A stretch of DNA of 63,923 bases, the filler included, from an uncultured Methanosarcinales archaeon (GTDB lineage: Archaea > Nanobdellota > Nanobdellia > Woesearchaeales > CAZXZL01): assembly GCA_964645415.1 (NCBI GenBank). It is 4 parts of 4 records of this genome, joined end to end, with 100 filler letters (N's around TTAATTAATTAA, not from the genome) between each part and the next. Parts side by side here need not be neighbours in the genome. Positions count along the whole stretch, not along the records: positions 19,870 to 39,364 come from CAZXZL010000015.1; positions 39,465 to 58,707 come from CAZXZL010000016.1; 2 more parts are not named here. One strand, written 5' to 3'. Of the stretch, positions 30,622-40,603 are shown in pieces (position 1 is the first letter of the stretch; each line of letters starts with the position of its first letter). The translations under genes and the position numbers were made by a program. The notes beneath the pieces were generated by a model. That model was not told where the DNA came from. It was given only the letters and a program-made list of their open reading frames with translations, and ran no database searches.

Positions 30622-31683
30622 ATGAGATTAGAAAAAGATAATGATTCCCTTGAAGATATAATTAATTTTGGAAGTAATTTTAATAGTGATAAATTTGAAA
30701 AAACAAGATATAATGTTAACAAAGAAAAATTAGAAAATGATCTAAAAAAAGTTATTGATATTTTTTCAAGATATATACTAATAAATGTTAAAGAAGATAA
30801 ACTACCAAATATAAAGTTAGGAAGTGAGTCATATATTTCAAATATTAAATCTTTATATAATCCTAAAAAAAACTTAATAACTATACACAAAGATCATATT
30901 AACAAAGGTGTTGTATATTTTGAAGAGGTTTCACATTTTTTGAGAACTTATATCAAAAAAAATTCAAATAATAGTGAGAATAATATTAACCTAAAAGTAC
31001 AAGAGTTTTTTGGAGGATTAGGAAGAATAATTGGTAAAGAATTAACATCTAAAAATAAAGAAATATCTCATTTAAAATATTATGATGAAGAATTTCCTGA
31101 CTTAAAAAAATTAAACGAAAAGAAAAAAAATATTGAAAAAAATTATAATTCAATCAAAAACAAATATAATTTATTTAGAGAAAAAAGGTACGATGTTAAT
31201 TCATTAATTAGAGGTTATTATAAAAATTTAAATGATGAGGTTAGTAATTATCTTTCTAAAAGTAATAATGAAAATATCGATGAAATTATTGAAACTATTG
31301 ATTTATATAAAGATAGTTTTAGAAATCATATTGAAAAATACAATTCTTTTCTAGAAAATTATGAAAAAGAAATGATAAAAAATAAATTTGAAATAAATTA
31401 TTTTGAAGGTTTAAAGGAGAAAATAAAAAATAATAAGGATAATGTTAAAAACATATTAAAAAGTAATCTAGAAAATAGATCTTTTAATCTTATTACACCT
31501 AATAACTTAAATCTTGAAAAGAAGTATAAAAAATTATTTTTAACTTATCATTCTATTAAAAGTCATTTAATTGGTTATAAATATTCTAAAATGCTAGATT
31601 TATCTAAAATAAGTAATAGTGACTTAAATAAAATCTATCTTATGAAAGATTCATCAATTGAAAAGTTTCTTTTCAAAGGATAA
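30622..31683 (+). CDS. Hypothetical protein with zincin-like EEVSH motif and coiled coil
   Basis: YNP...ITI...VYFEEVSHFLR...QEFFG. Confidence 0.55.
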   Translation: MRLEKDNDSLEDIINFGSNFNSDKFEKTRYNVNKEKLENDLKKVIDIFSRYILINVKEDKLPNIKLGSESYISNIKSLYNPKKNLITIHKDHINKGVVYFEEVSHFLRTYIKKNSNNSENNINLKVQEFFGGLGRIIGKELTSKNKEISHLKYYDEEFPDLKKLNEKKKNIEKNYNSIKNKYNLFREKRYDVNSLIRGYYKNLNDEVSNYLSKSNNENIDEIIETIDLYKDSFRNHIEKYNSFLENYEKEMIKNKFEINYFEGLKEKIKNNKDNVKNILKSNLENRSFNLITPNNLNLEKKYKKLFLTYHSIKSHLIGYKYSKMLDLSKISNSDLNKIYLMKDSSIEKFLFKG

Positions 31684-31773
31684 AATTAAATAAAGAATGT
31701 TATCTTATAGTAGTAACAACATTTATAAATAATCTTTTTCTACAATTAATAATATTAATATAACTTAATAAAA

Positions 31774-32571
31774 ATGAGATCTTTAGAAAATTTAATTGGG
31801 GAAATATATGAAAATAAAAAAAGAGTAGAAGAAGAGATTGATATGTATTTTCTTAAATGTGAAGAGAAATTTAACGGTTATATAAATAATGATACACTAA
31901 CACATTTTATAAAAGAAAATTATCCTTACCAAAAATCTAAAAAGTTAAGTGAGAGTATAAAAAATTCTTATCAAATAGAAAATATTGAACTTGATGAAGA
32001 AGAATTAGAATCAGAGAGAAAAAGATTAGTAGGTATTTCTAAAGAATTATATGATGAATTTAAAGAAAAAGAAACTCCTAAAATAAGTAGATTAATTTCA
32101 ATTTTATCTAAAGTAGAAAAAAACTCAAAATTAAGGACTGGACCTGTTTTAATAAATAAAGGAGATTATATTCCTCCTGAAACACCTAATGAAATCCAAG
32201 GTGAATTTTCTAATGTAGATTATACATTAAAAGAGAATGATTTAGATCCAATTGAAAAAGCTATTCATTACCATTATCATTTTGTTAGGATTCATCCATT
32301 TAAAGATGGAAATGGAAGGTCTGCACGTTTACTTTCTAACTCATATTTGTTTTCAAATGATATTTTACCAAGTGTTATTGAAAGAGGAGAAAGAATGAAT
32401 TATGCAAGATTATTAGATAAAGCATGTAATTCTAGAAAAAAAACTTACGAACCTCTTATCAATTTAACTGAAGAAGAAGAAACATTATTTACTTATCTTG
32501 CATCAAAAATAAATAATCAATATTATAATTTTATGAGCGAAATAAAAGATAATAAGTGTTACAATGAATAA
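31774..32571 (+). CDS. Fic domain protein
   Basis: Canonical HPFKDGNGRSAR motif. Confidence 0.93.
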   Translation: MRSLENLIGEIYENKKRVEEEIDMYFLKCEEKFNGYINNDTLTHFIKENYPYQKSKKLSESIKNSYQIENIELDEEELESERKRLVGISKELYDEFKEKETPKISRLISILSKVEKNSKLRTGPVLINKGDYIPPETPNEIQGEFSNVDYTLKENDLDPIEKAIHYHYHFVRIHPFKDGNGRSARLLSNSYLFSNDILPSVIERGERMNYARLLDKACNSRKKTYEPLINLTEEEETLFTYLASKINNQYYNFMSEIKDNKCYNE

Positions 32572-33133
32572 TTTAGAAAAAATTATCTCAGAAGAAAAAC
32601 CTAATGAAGATTATGGTAAAGTTCATGTTCTTTTTGGGAAAGGAAAAGGAAAAACAACTTCTACTTTAGGAATAACTATTAGAGCAGCAGTTTCAGGGTT
32701 ATCTGTAAAATATGTTCAGTTTATGAAAGGTAATGACTCTAATGATTCTAAAGTATTAAAAAACTTTCTAAATGTAGATTATTTTTGTCCAGGTAATCAT
32801 GATTGGGCTTATTTAAATGAAGGATTAGATGAAAAACAGAAAAAACATGCAGAACTGTGTTTTTCAGAAATTGAAAACATGAATAATAACTATAACATTT
32901 TAATATGTGATGAAATTTTAAATGTTCCTTTTTTTTCTATTAATAAAGATTTTGACTATTCAAAAATTAAAGATTTAATCAAAAATAAAGAAAAAAACTT
33001 AGAATTAGTTTTATCTGGTTTATATTGTCCCGAATCAGTATTAGAATTATCGGATTACGTTTCTAGAATAAAAAACATTAAACATCCATATAGTACTGAA
33101 GGATTACCTGCTAGAGAAGGAATTGAGTACTAA
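32564..33133 (+). CDS. cobO: Cob(I)alamin adenosyltransferase (CobO/BtuR family)
   Basis: GKGKGKTT, VQFMKG, ICDEI, ELVLSG, KHPY...AREGIEY. Confidence 0.9.
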   Translation: MNNLEKIISEEKPNEDYGKVHVLFGKGKGKTTSTLGITIRAAVSGLSVKYVQFMKGNDSNDSKVLKNFLNVDYFCPGNHDWAYLNEGLDEKQKKHAELCFSEIENMNNNYNILICDEILNVPFFSINKDFDYSKIKDLIKNKEKNLELVLSGLYCPESVLELSDYVSRIKNIKHPYSTEGLPAREGIEY

Positions 33134-33271
33134 TCTATTATTTGAATTTTTTTAATTAAATAAACTCTATTAAAGATTATATTGATATATTATTCTTGAA
33201 TATACAATTTTAAAGTTAGTTAATTTTTTTAAGAAAATTTATATAAAAATAATTAAAATATAATAGTTAAA

Positions 33272-34219
33272 ATGAAAAAAACAATATTAGTTACTGGGGG
33301 ATGTGGTTATATTGGTTCTGTTGCTGTAAAAAAACTTTTAGATAATAATTATAAAGTAATTTCTATAGATAATCTTAAAAATGGAGATAAAAAATTAATA
33401 GATCGTAGAGCAATTTCATATTACTTTGATTTATGTAATAAAGAAAAATTAAAGAAAGTTTTTAAAGAAAATAATATTGATTCTGTAATGCATTTTGCTG
33501 CTTATAAATCTGTTGGGGAATCAATGAAAAATGCTTCTAAATATTCAGATAATATTAGAGGATCAGTAAACTTATTAGATGTAATGGTTGAACATGATGT
33601 TAAAGAGATAATTTATTCCTCTTCAGCAGCTGTTTATGGGTCCCCTAAAGAGAAAAAAGTTAATGAAGATACCAAAACAAAACCTATTAATTATTATGGT
33701 TTTACAAAACTCAAAGTTGAAGAAATAATAAAATGGTATTCTAAAATAGAAAACATTAATTATGTTTCATTTAGGTATTTTAATGTTTGTGGAGATATGT
33801 TAGGATATATAGAAAAAGATCCAGAAAATATTTTTCCAATAATTATGGATGTTATCAGAGGAAAAAGAGAAAAACTAACTATTTTTGGAAATGATTATAA
33901 CACAAGAGATGGTACTTGTATAAGAGATTATATAGATGTTAGGGACTTAGTTGATGCTCATATATTAGCTTTAAATAATAAAAATGTTTCAAATGAGATT
34001 ATAAATTTAGGAACATCAAATGGTTATTCTGTTAAAGAATTAGTAGATTCATTTATAAAAGTTGCAGGTAAATTTAAATTTGAGTATGGTGATAGAAGAG
34101 AAGGTGATCCATCTAAATTGATATCTTCTAATGAAAAAGCAAAAAAATTATTAGGTTGGTCTCCAAAAAGAGATTTAGATGAAATGGTTAAATCAACTTA
34201 TAAAGCTTATAAGTTATAA
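33272..34219 (+). CDS. galE: UDP-glucose 4-epimerase
   Basis: TGGCGYIGS, HFAA..SVGES, SSSAAVYG, YGFTK, RYFN, DGTCIRDYI. Confidence 0.95.
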   Translation: MKKTILVTGGCGYIGSVAVKKLLDNNYKVISIDNLKNGDKKLIDRRAISYYFDLCNKEKLKKVFKENNIDSVMHFAAYKSVGESMKNASKYSDNIRGSVNLLDVMVEHDVKEIIYSSSAAVYGSPKEKKVNEDTKTKPINYYGFTKLKVEEIIKWYSKIENINYVSFRYFNVCGDMLGYIEKDPENIFPIIMDVIRGKREKLTIFGNDYNTRDGTCIRDYIDVRDLVDAHILALNNKNVSNEIINLGTSNGYSVKELVDSFIKVAGKFKFEYGDRREGDPSKLISSNEKAKKLLGWSPKRDLDEMVKSTYKAYKL

Positions 34220-34233
34220 TTTAAAGGAATTAT

Positions 34234-34635
34234 CTAATTAATTTTTTCATATTTTATTTTTTGAACATTATAATTATCAATGTAAATATTTATATTAAAA
34301 GTTTCATCAAGTTTAGTTTTAAATTGAAATATGTATTGATAACAATCTTTAGAAAAACACTCAATATCATATGTCTCTTTTTCTTTGATTTTTACTAAAT
34401 CATATCCTTTAAGTCTATTATATTCATAATGATTTTTAATATAATTCTCTGCAATATTTATTGATTCATCTACGTTATAATAATTGTCTAGTGTTTTTGA
34501 TTGATAATCCTCAATGTTACTATCTGAGATAATATCATGAGATTCAGTATAAGTGTATGTGAAAAATCCAATAAACATAACCATTGAAATTATAATTAAT
34601 ACAAATATGAAAATAAAGATTAAAATAAAACTCAA
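34234..34635 (-). CDS. Membrane-anchored extracellular protein, paralog of 35168-35524
   Basis: N-terminal TM; DESINIAENYIK..LKGYDL..C..CY motif. Confidence 0.65.
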   Translation of the reverse strand: MSFILIFIFIFVLIIISMVMFIGFFTYTYTESHDIISDSNIEDYQSKTLDNYYNVDESINIAENYIKNHYEYNRLKGYDLVKIKEKETYDIECFSKDCYQYIFQFKTKLDETFNINIYIDNYNVQKIKYEKIN

Positions 34636-35171
34636 ATTAGACTTTTTTTTTCATTACTATCTTTTTTTAATTCTTCTTTATCTTCATTTTCACTTTCTTT
34701 ATTTTTTTCTTCCTCTTTTTCACTTTTATTTGAAGAAGTTTCATCAGGAATAATTATTGCTGCAACAATATACAATAATAAACCTGTTCCTCTAAAAAAG
34801 AAAAGTAAAACTAAAAATAACCTTATAATTGTAGGATCAATATTAAAATATTTACCAAGACCCCCACAAACACCAAAAAATATTTTATTATCTTTACTCT
34901 TTGTTAAAACTTTATTTTGATTTGAAAATTTATTAGTCATATTTTCATCTTTTAATATAATATAAATTAAAACTCCAATTATATTTAAGAAAACAATAAT
35001 TAGAACCCAAATCAATTTTTCTGTTGAATCTTTGTTACTATTTAAACAATCAACAATTGCCCAAACAACAGCAACAACAGAAAGTAAACTTAACATAGCT
35101 AATATAAATATAAAAAATCCCATACCTAAAAAAGGTAGTATTGGTCCAAATATTAAATTATGCATATTCAT
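34632..35171 (-). CDS. PLDc_N plus PspC domain membrane protein
   Basis: WAIVDC..KLIWVLII..IGVLIY and NKIFFGVCGGLGKYFNIDPTIIRL..YIVAAIIIP. Confidence 0.9.
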   Translation of the reverse strand: MNMHNLIFGPILPFLGMGFFIFILAMLSLLSVVAVVWAIVDCLNSNKDSTEKLIWVLIIVFLNIIGVLIYIILKDENMTNKFSNQNKVLTKSKDNKIFFGVCGGLGKYFNIDPTIIRLFLVLLFFFRGTGLLLYIVAAIIIPDETSSNKSEKEEEKNKESENEDKEELKKDSNEKKSLI

Positions 35172-35524
35172 CCTGGTACCTCCGTAATTGAAATATTTTT
35201 AATTTTGTCTTCTATTATATATGAATCAACAATTAAATAATCAATTTTACTTGAGTTAACTCTATATCTATATGTGATTTCAAAACAATTTAAATATTTA
35301 TCATTAAATTTTGAAAACAAATTTTTACAATCTCTTTTTTTATATTCATTAACATTTACTAAAAGTAAACTATGACCTTCAAGTTTTTCAAATTTATTTG
35401 ATTGTGTAATATTTTTTCTAATTAATTCTATTGCTTCATCTTTATCAGTTTCTATCATTTCATATTGAGTACAACTATTTAAAAAAAATGTTAAAAATAA
35501 AATTAAATAAATTATTTTTTTCAT
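35168..35524 (-). CDS. Putative lipoprotein, paralog of 34234-34635
   Basis: MKK-hydrophobic-LNSC lipobox; DEAIELIRKNI..LEGHSL..C..CF. Confidence 0.65.
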   Translation of the reverse strand: MKKIIYLILFLTFFLNSCTQYEMIETDKDEAIELIRKNITQSNKFEKLEGHSLLLVNVNEYKKRDCKNLFSKFNDKYLNCFEITYRYRVNSSKIDYLIVDSYIIEDKIKNISITEVPG

Positions 35525-35623
35525 AAAACTATTAATTAAAGGTAGTTTATAAAGATATCACATTTTATTCGAATTATTTATAAATAATAAGTTTAATTTC
35601 ATTTAAATTATGGGGGTTTTAAA

Positions 35624-35962
35624 ATGAATAAAAAAATAATTATATCTGTTTTAATGATTGGTTTCTTTTTACTATCTGCTTGTGTTAGTCCAAGAATAGC
35701 TTCAGAGATTGAAGAGAATACAGAAAGGTTAATTGAGATATCTGACGAAATTGAAACATTATTAGAAGAATTAAATGAAGAAGAAGTTGATGAAGAAGAA
35801 GTTAATGAAATAGTCAATAAAATTGAAGAAATTAATCAAAATTATGAAGAAGCTGATAATGAATTTATTGATGGGGATATTAGTGGAGAAGAGTATTTAA
35901 ATAAACAAAATGAAATAATATCTGATTATGAAAGTGTTTTAAATTCACTTGAAGAACTATGA
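35624..35962 (+). CDS. Putative acidic helical lipoprotein
   Basis: LLSAC lipobox followed by E-rich helices. Confidence 0.65.
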   Translation: MNKKIIISVLMIGFFLLSACVSPRIASEIEENTERLIEISDEIETLLEELNEEEVDEEEVNEIVNKIEEINQNYEEADNEFIDGDISGEEYLNKQNEIISDYESVLNSLEEL

Positions 35963-36513
35963 ATCTTAATTTTAAATTAAATAGGATCTTTGTATTATTT
36001 TTTTTATTCTTTTTTGTTTTTAGTTTAATTGGTTGTGAAGAAAAAGAGACTGAAAATGAAGTTTTAGTTAATGAAGAATTAGGATTTTCAATTGAATTTC
36101 CTGTTAATTGGACTTCAAGGTTAAATGTTAGTAAAGAGGGTTACACTTATGAGGCTATTTCTTATGGTCCTACAAAAGCAGGCTATCAAACAAAAATGTA
36201 TCTTATAAGAGATGGGAGATTTAATGATGGTTTTGATGAATATGTTAATGTTTTAAGAAATTATATTATTGAAAATTTAGATAATGATTCAAGTTTAATT
36301 GATGAGGGAGATTATTTTAGGAATAATTCATATTACTTTTTATCTGAATCAAAAGAAAATGAAATTTTAGTTAATACAAAAAAAGCTATTTTTATGGATG
36401 GAGATGTTGGTTATGCTCTAATTTTTTCTATTAATAGTGATTTTTTCAATGAATCTAAAAGTGATTTTAAAAATGTATTTGAATCAATAACATTTTTAGA
36501 AGAAGAGAATTAA
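35959..36513 (+). CDS. Putative lipoprotein, PsbP/DcrB-like fold
   Basis: LIGC lipobox, GFSIEFPVNW, C-terminal FKNVFESITF. Confidence 0.7.
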   Translation: MNLNFKLNRIFVLFFLFFFVFSLIGCEEKETENEVLVNEELGFSIEFPVNWTSRLNVSKEGYTYEAISYGPTKAGYQTKMYLIRDGRFNDGFDEYVNVLRNYIIENLDNDSSLIDEGDYFRNNSYYFLSESKENEILVNTKKAIFMDGDVGYALIFSINSDFFNESKSDFKNVFESITFLEEEN

Positions 36514-36547
36514 ATTATAATTTATCTAATTAAAGTTATTAATTACA

Positions 36548-37006
36548 ATGAAAATAGAAGAGAATTTAATAATAAAAGAAGTTTGTAAAGAGACTGAAAG
36601 TTCTGCTAAAAATTTAGTCGTGTCTTGTTTAAAAGAATATTTTGATGATTATGATCATAGTCGAAATAAAGATTTAGATAGAATAATAAAAACTTATAAT
36701 GGAAATGGACACTTATTTTTAGTTGGTATTTATAATGAAGAAGTTGTTTGTACAGGTGGATTAATAGAAACTAAAGAAGGTTATGCAAGAGTTGTTAGGG
36801 TCTCAGTCAGAAAAGATTTACGTAGAAAAGGAATAGGGAAAAAGATTATGAAAGAATTAGAAAAAAGAGCAATAAAAAGAGGTTTTGATAGAATTGTTCT
36901 TGATACTAGAAAAAATTGGCATGGTGCTATAAAATTTTATAAAGACTTAAACTATAGTATTTATGGTAAAGACGATCTTAATTTATTTTTTGAAAAAAAA
37001 TTATAG
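36548..37006 (+). CDS. GNAT family N-acetyltransferase
   Basis: VSVRKDLRRKGIGKKIM and AIKFYKDLNY. Confidence 0.92.
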   Translation: MKIEENLIIKEVCKETESSAKNLVVSCLKEYFDDYDHSRNKDLDRIIKTYNGNGHLFLVGIYNEEVVCTGGLIETKEGYARVVRVSVRKDLRRKGIGKKIMKELEKRAIKRGFDRIVLDTRKNWHGAIKFYKDLNYSIYGKDDLNLFFEKKL

Positions 37007-37021
37007 TTATATCAATTATTA

Positions 37022-37053
<32 letters not shown>

Positions 37054-37079
37054 AATACTTCTTATTTTTCTTACAACTG

Positions 37080-38984
37080 TTATTGAGAATTATATATTCT
37101 TTTAACATTTTCAAGTGTATCAATTTCATTTAATTTTTTTTCTCTTAAAGATAAAAATCTTGGAAATCTTAGTGCATAACCTGAATTATAATTTGGTGAC
37201 TTTTGTATCTCTTCATAAGCAACTTCAATTACTACATTTGGTTCTAATAACATTGTATTTCCATCTTCACCTTTTTTATGTTTTTTCAATAACTTAGTCA
37301 TTTCTTTAAATGAAAAACCACTTGTTTCAAGTTCTTTAAGACCTGTTGAGACTTTTCCTACTTCTAAGAAATCATTATTATGTTTACATCCTACTGTATA
37401 ACTAGTTAACCATTTCCCTCTTTTTCCTCTTCCCCAATCTGCTTTCAAAATAACTAAGTCTAGTGGTTCAAGTGATTCTTTTAATTTCATACCATAACCA
37501 ACACGAGATCCAGGTTTATATTCTGCATTAATATTTTTAAACATAACTCCTTCTGTTCCTTTAGATTTTGCTTTTTTATAAAATTCATTAGCTTCTTTTA
37601 TATTTTTAGTAACTATTTTTTCAGAGAGCATAACTTTCTCATTTTCTGAAATAACTTTTTCAATTAATTCTCTTCTCTTTTTATAAGGATAATTTATTGT
37701 ATCTTTTCCATTATAATGTAGTATATCAAAGATTACAAATTTAATTGGAAAATCTTTTGCCATTTTATGAATTTTATATTTTCTGATAATCCTTTGAGAA
37801 ATTGTTTGAAAAGGAAGATAAATGTTTTTATCAAAATCATAAGATACTATTTCTCCATCTAATACAATACTATCTGCTTTAATTTGACTAATTAATTTAT
37901 CTATTTCAGGAAATTGTTTTGTTACATCATCTAATCCTCTTGTAAATATCTTTTTTAAATTATCTTCTTTATTGTAATGTAATTGATACCTAAAACCATC
38001 ATATTTGAATTCAACAGCAGCAGGTTTACCAACACTATCAAAAGCATCTTTAATATCTTCAGCTTTTTTAAATAACATTGATCTTAATGGTCTACCTAAT
38101 ATCAATGAAACATCAAATATTTTTTCAGAATTTTCGTTTAAAATTTTATAAACATCATTAAAACTATTTAGAACAGAGTATGCATCTTCTACTATGTCAA
38201 TTGCAATATTATATGCTTCTCTTGAACTATTATCTTTTAAAGTAATTTTTTTATCTTTAAAATTACCTTTTTTTAATATTTTTTTATATGATTCTAAATT
38301 TTCAATTTCTTCAATATCATTATTAAGCTCTTCTATGTTTTGATTATCACATGAGATACATTTTTCATCATTATTATAAATGAATTTTGAACATTTATTA
38401 CAATATTTAAATAATGGATAAATTTTAGGAAAGAAAGTCCAAACTAAAGCATCTCTAATTGTTGAAGAACCAACACCAGCTCTAATATTTTCTAAAAGAA
38501 TTCTTACAATATATTTTGTATCATCAGGGTTTACAGAATTCAATAGTTTAGTAATAATATTGATTTTAATTTCTCTACTTTTATTTCCAGATACATTTGC
38601 AAGTCTATTTATTTGTTTAAATATATTTTCTACATTAATTTTATTTGAAAATAGTACTGATTGTTTTTTACTTGAATAAATATTTTTAGAAACTTCTCCT
38701 AAATCTCCAGTTTGTGCAAGTTCTTTTTTTATTCTTTTTTCACTATAACCTGTTGCTTTATTAAGTGATTTTATCATTAAAGCATCTGATATTCCTGTTT
38801 GTTTATCATTCCATTCATTAAATATTTTTCCTCTAAATGTAAGAAAGATATGTTCTCTTGTTTTATCGTCAAGTTCTTTAAATTCTTTTGAATCAAAAAA
38901 TTCATACAAAATTGAAGTTTTTTTAAGTCTTTTAGAGTTAGATTCAAGCTCAGATAATATTTTTGATAGATCTTTAAATTTCAT
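37080..38984 (-). CDS. lig: ATP-dependent DNA ligase (archaeal type) with inserted Cys4 motif
   Basis: EFKYDGFR, LDGEIV, EGVMFK, LKESLEPLDLV, LRFPRF. Confidence 0.97.
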   Translation of the reverse strand: MKFKDLSKILSELESNSKRLKKTSILYEFFDSKEFKELDDKTREHIFLTFRGKIFNEWNDKQTGISDALMIKSLNKATGYSEKRIKKELAQTGDLGEVSKNIYSSKKQSVLFSNKINVENIFKQINRLANVSGNKSREIKINIITKLLNSVNPDDTKYIVRILLENIRAGVGSSTIRDALVWTFFPKIYPLFKYCNKCSKFIYNNDEKCISCDNQNIEELNNDIEEIENLESYKKILKKGNFKDKKITLKDNSSREAYNIAIDIVEDAYSVLNSFNDVYKILNENSEKIFDVSLILGRPLRSMLFKKAEDIKDAFDSVGKPAAVEFKYDGFRYQLHYNKEDNLKKIFTRGLDDVTKQFPEIDKLISQIKADSIVLDGEIVSYDFDKNIYLPFQTISQRIIRKYKIHKMAKDFPIKFVIFDILHYNGKDTINYPYKKRRELIEKVISENEKVMLSEKIVTKNIKEANEFYKKAKSKGTEGVMFKNINAEYKPGSRVGYGMKLKESLEPLDLVILKADWGRGKRGKWLTSYTVGCKHNNDFLEVGKVSTGLKELETSGFSFKEMTKLLKKHKKGEDGNTMLLEPNVVIEVAYEEIQKSPNYNSGYALRFPRFLSLREKKLNEIDTLENVKRIYNSQ

Positions 38985-39053
38985 ATTAATATAATAATAT
39001 CTTATCTTTTAATATTTTTGTATTATTTTTATAAGTTTTTATTTCTTTTTATT

Positions 39054-39300
39054 TCAATTTTTATCAATTACTAAAAACAAAGTTTTTAGAATAATTAAAA
39101 GTGTAACTTTTAAAACCAAAAAAAAAGTAAATTTTTTTGAGTATAGAAAAGCTATGCTTTTCGTATAAATTGGTTAGGATTGTACCATACTTCGTATGGC
39201 ACGTTAGTTCCCATAACTTTCTACCTGATTTTATTTTACTTAATTTGATTTTTACTTTCTTTAGCTCAGCTTTTATTACAGTTTGTAATCTTCGATTACA
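39054..39300 (-). repeat. Mosaic intergenic element copy R3
   Basis: 39054-39092 identical to 54629-54667; hairpins ctaaaaac-aaa-gtttttag, gaaaagc-tat-gcttttc, gtaccatac-ttc-gtatggcac (39182-39202), tgtaatc-ttc-gattaca (39284-39300). Confidence 0.9.
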
Positions 39301-39464
39301 TACTCTTAAAATCTCTGATTTTATTCACTTTTAAATTTCTAATTTAACAGTTCTAAACTTTAGTNNNNNNNNNNNNNNNNNNNNNNNNNNNNNNNNNNNN
39401 NNNNNNNNTTAATTAATTAANNNNNNNNNNNNNNNNNNNNNNNNNNNNNNNNNNNNNNNNNNNN

Positions 39465-39535
39465 AGGGCAAAATCATCTAAGTAAAAGTAACTTAAAAGA
39501 ATGAAATAAAAAGGAATAGAATATTATGGGGACTT
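39465..39535 (+). repeat. Mosaic intergenic element copy R7 (degenerate, at contig edge)
   Basis: agggcaaaatcatctaa module and atagaatattatggggact tail. Confidence 0.6.
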
Positions 39536-39649
39536 TGATTGGTACTTATAATTAATGTAAATTATGATGATTAATCAAAACATATTTATTTGTATAATTT
39601 GAAATAATAATATATTACTTTAAAGAACCCTGCTTTGTGAGATAGAAAG

Positions 39650-40570
39650 ATGGAATTAAAAAAAATTGATAAAAATACTTTTAACTTATATCTAAATAAA
39701 CCAAAGGAGAGTCTATTAAATAGAATTTCATTTACCAGAATTTTCTCTGTCGTTTCTACTCTTGGAATATGGTACTTTAAAGAAGAAAAATGGACTAAAT
39801 ATGATATTAGAATGCTTTTAAAAAATGCTGATAAAAAATTAATTGAAGATGATATCAAAAGTGAGATATTTCATGTCTGTAGTGGGAAAAAAAATGATTT
39901 CCTTATTACAACAAATGGAAAAAATGTAGTTTTTTATCGAATTGACCCTGATTACTTAAAAATTATAAAAGAATTAGAAATTGATGTTTCACAAGTTTTA
40001 TCTTATGGTGGAAGGTTCAAAACGTTTGAATTTAGAGAAAAAAATAAAAAAAATATAATAAAAAAACTCTATTTTAATGATAAAACTGATTTGATTAACT
40101 TCTTTAAAAAATTAAAAAAAGAGCTTAAAAAAGAAGAATACTACTATTATAAAGGAATTTGGGCAAGAAAAGAGTCTATTATGAAAATAAGAAATGCTTA
40201 TATTGGTGTTTCAACAAACTTTAAAAACTTCAATAAAAAACAATTTAATTACTTAATTTTAATTCTATTTAAAGAAATGGGACATGAAGCAAGTGTTATA
40301 AAAGGTAATAATGGTGTTGATATTCAAGCTAATGTTGATGATAAAAAAGTAGGAATCATTACTTATAGTAAACCCTCAAAAATAGGAAAAACAGAAATTA
40401 ATAAAGCTGTTAAAATATCAAAATCCAATAAATTTAATTATGTGATAATTATTACTAAATCAACATTTAAACTTTTTTCAAAAAAATATTCAAAAGACAC
40501 TCCTGTGATTTTGTGGGATAATAAAGTACTTAATAAAAAACTAAAAAAACACTTTCTTAATTTCATGTAA
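39650..40570 (+). CDS. Protein with C-terminal Mrr-like restriction endonuclease domain (degenerate)
   Basis: F..LILILFKEMGH..GNNGVDIQA..IGKTEI..IITKSTF..ILWD; QxK motif replaced. Confidence 0.7.
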   Translation: MELKKIDKNTFNLYLNKPKESLLNRISFTRIFSVVSTLGIWYFKEEKWTKYDIRMLLKNADKKLIEDDIKSEIFHVCSGKKNDFLITTNGKNVVFYRIDPDYLKIIKELEIDVSQVLSYGGRFKTFEFREKNKKNIIKKLYFNDKTDLINFFKKLKKELKKEEYYYYKGIWARKESIMKIRNAYIGVSTNFKNFNKKQFNYLILILFKEMGHEASVIKGNNGVDIQANVDDKKVGIITYSKPSKIGKTEINKAVKISKSNKFNYVIIITKSTFKLFSKKYSKDTPVILWDNKVLNKKLKKHFLNFM

Positions 40571-40603
40571 CATTGAAAATTTAATCAAAATATATTTATT
40601 ATA

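Noticed and set aside
39137..39334. Small ORFs sharing RIVPY.VWH (also 54693-54896) as a peptide or toxin family
   Set aside because: Differences between copies are mostly non-synonymous and the 11977 copy has an in-frame stop; similarity derives from the DNA repeat.
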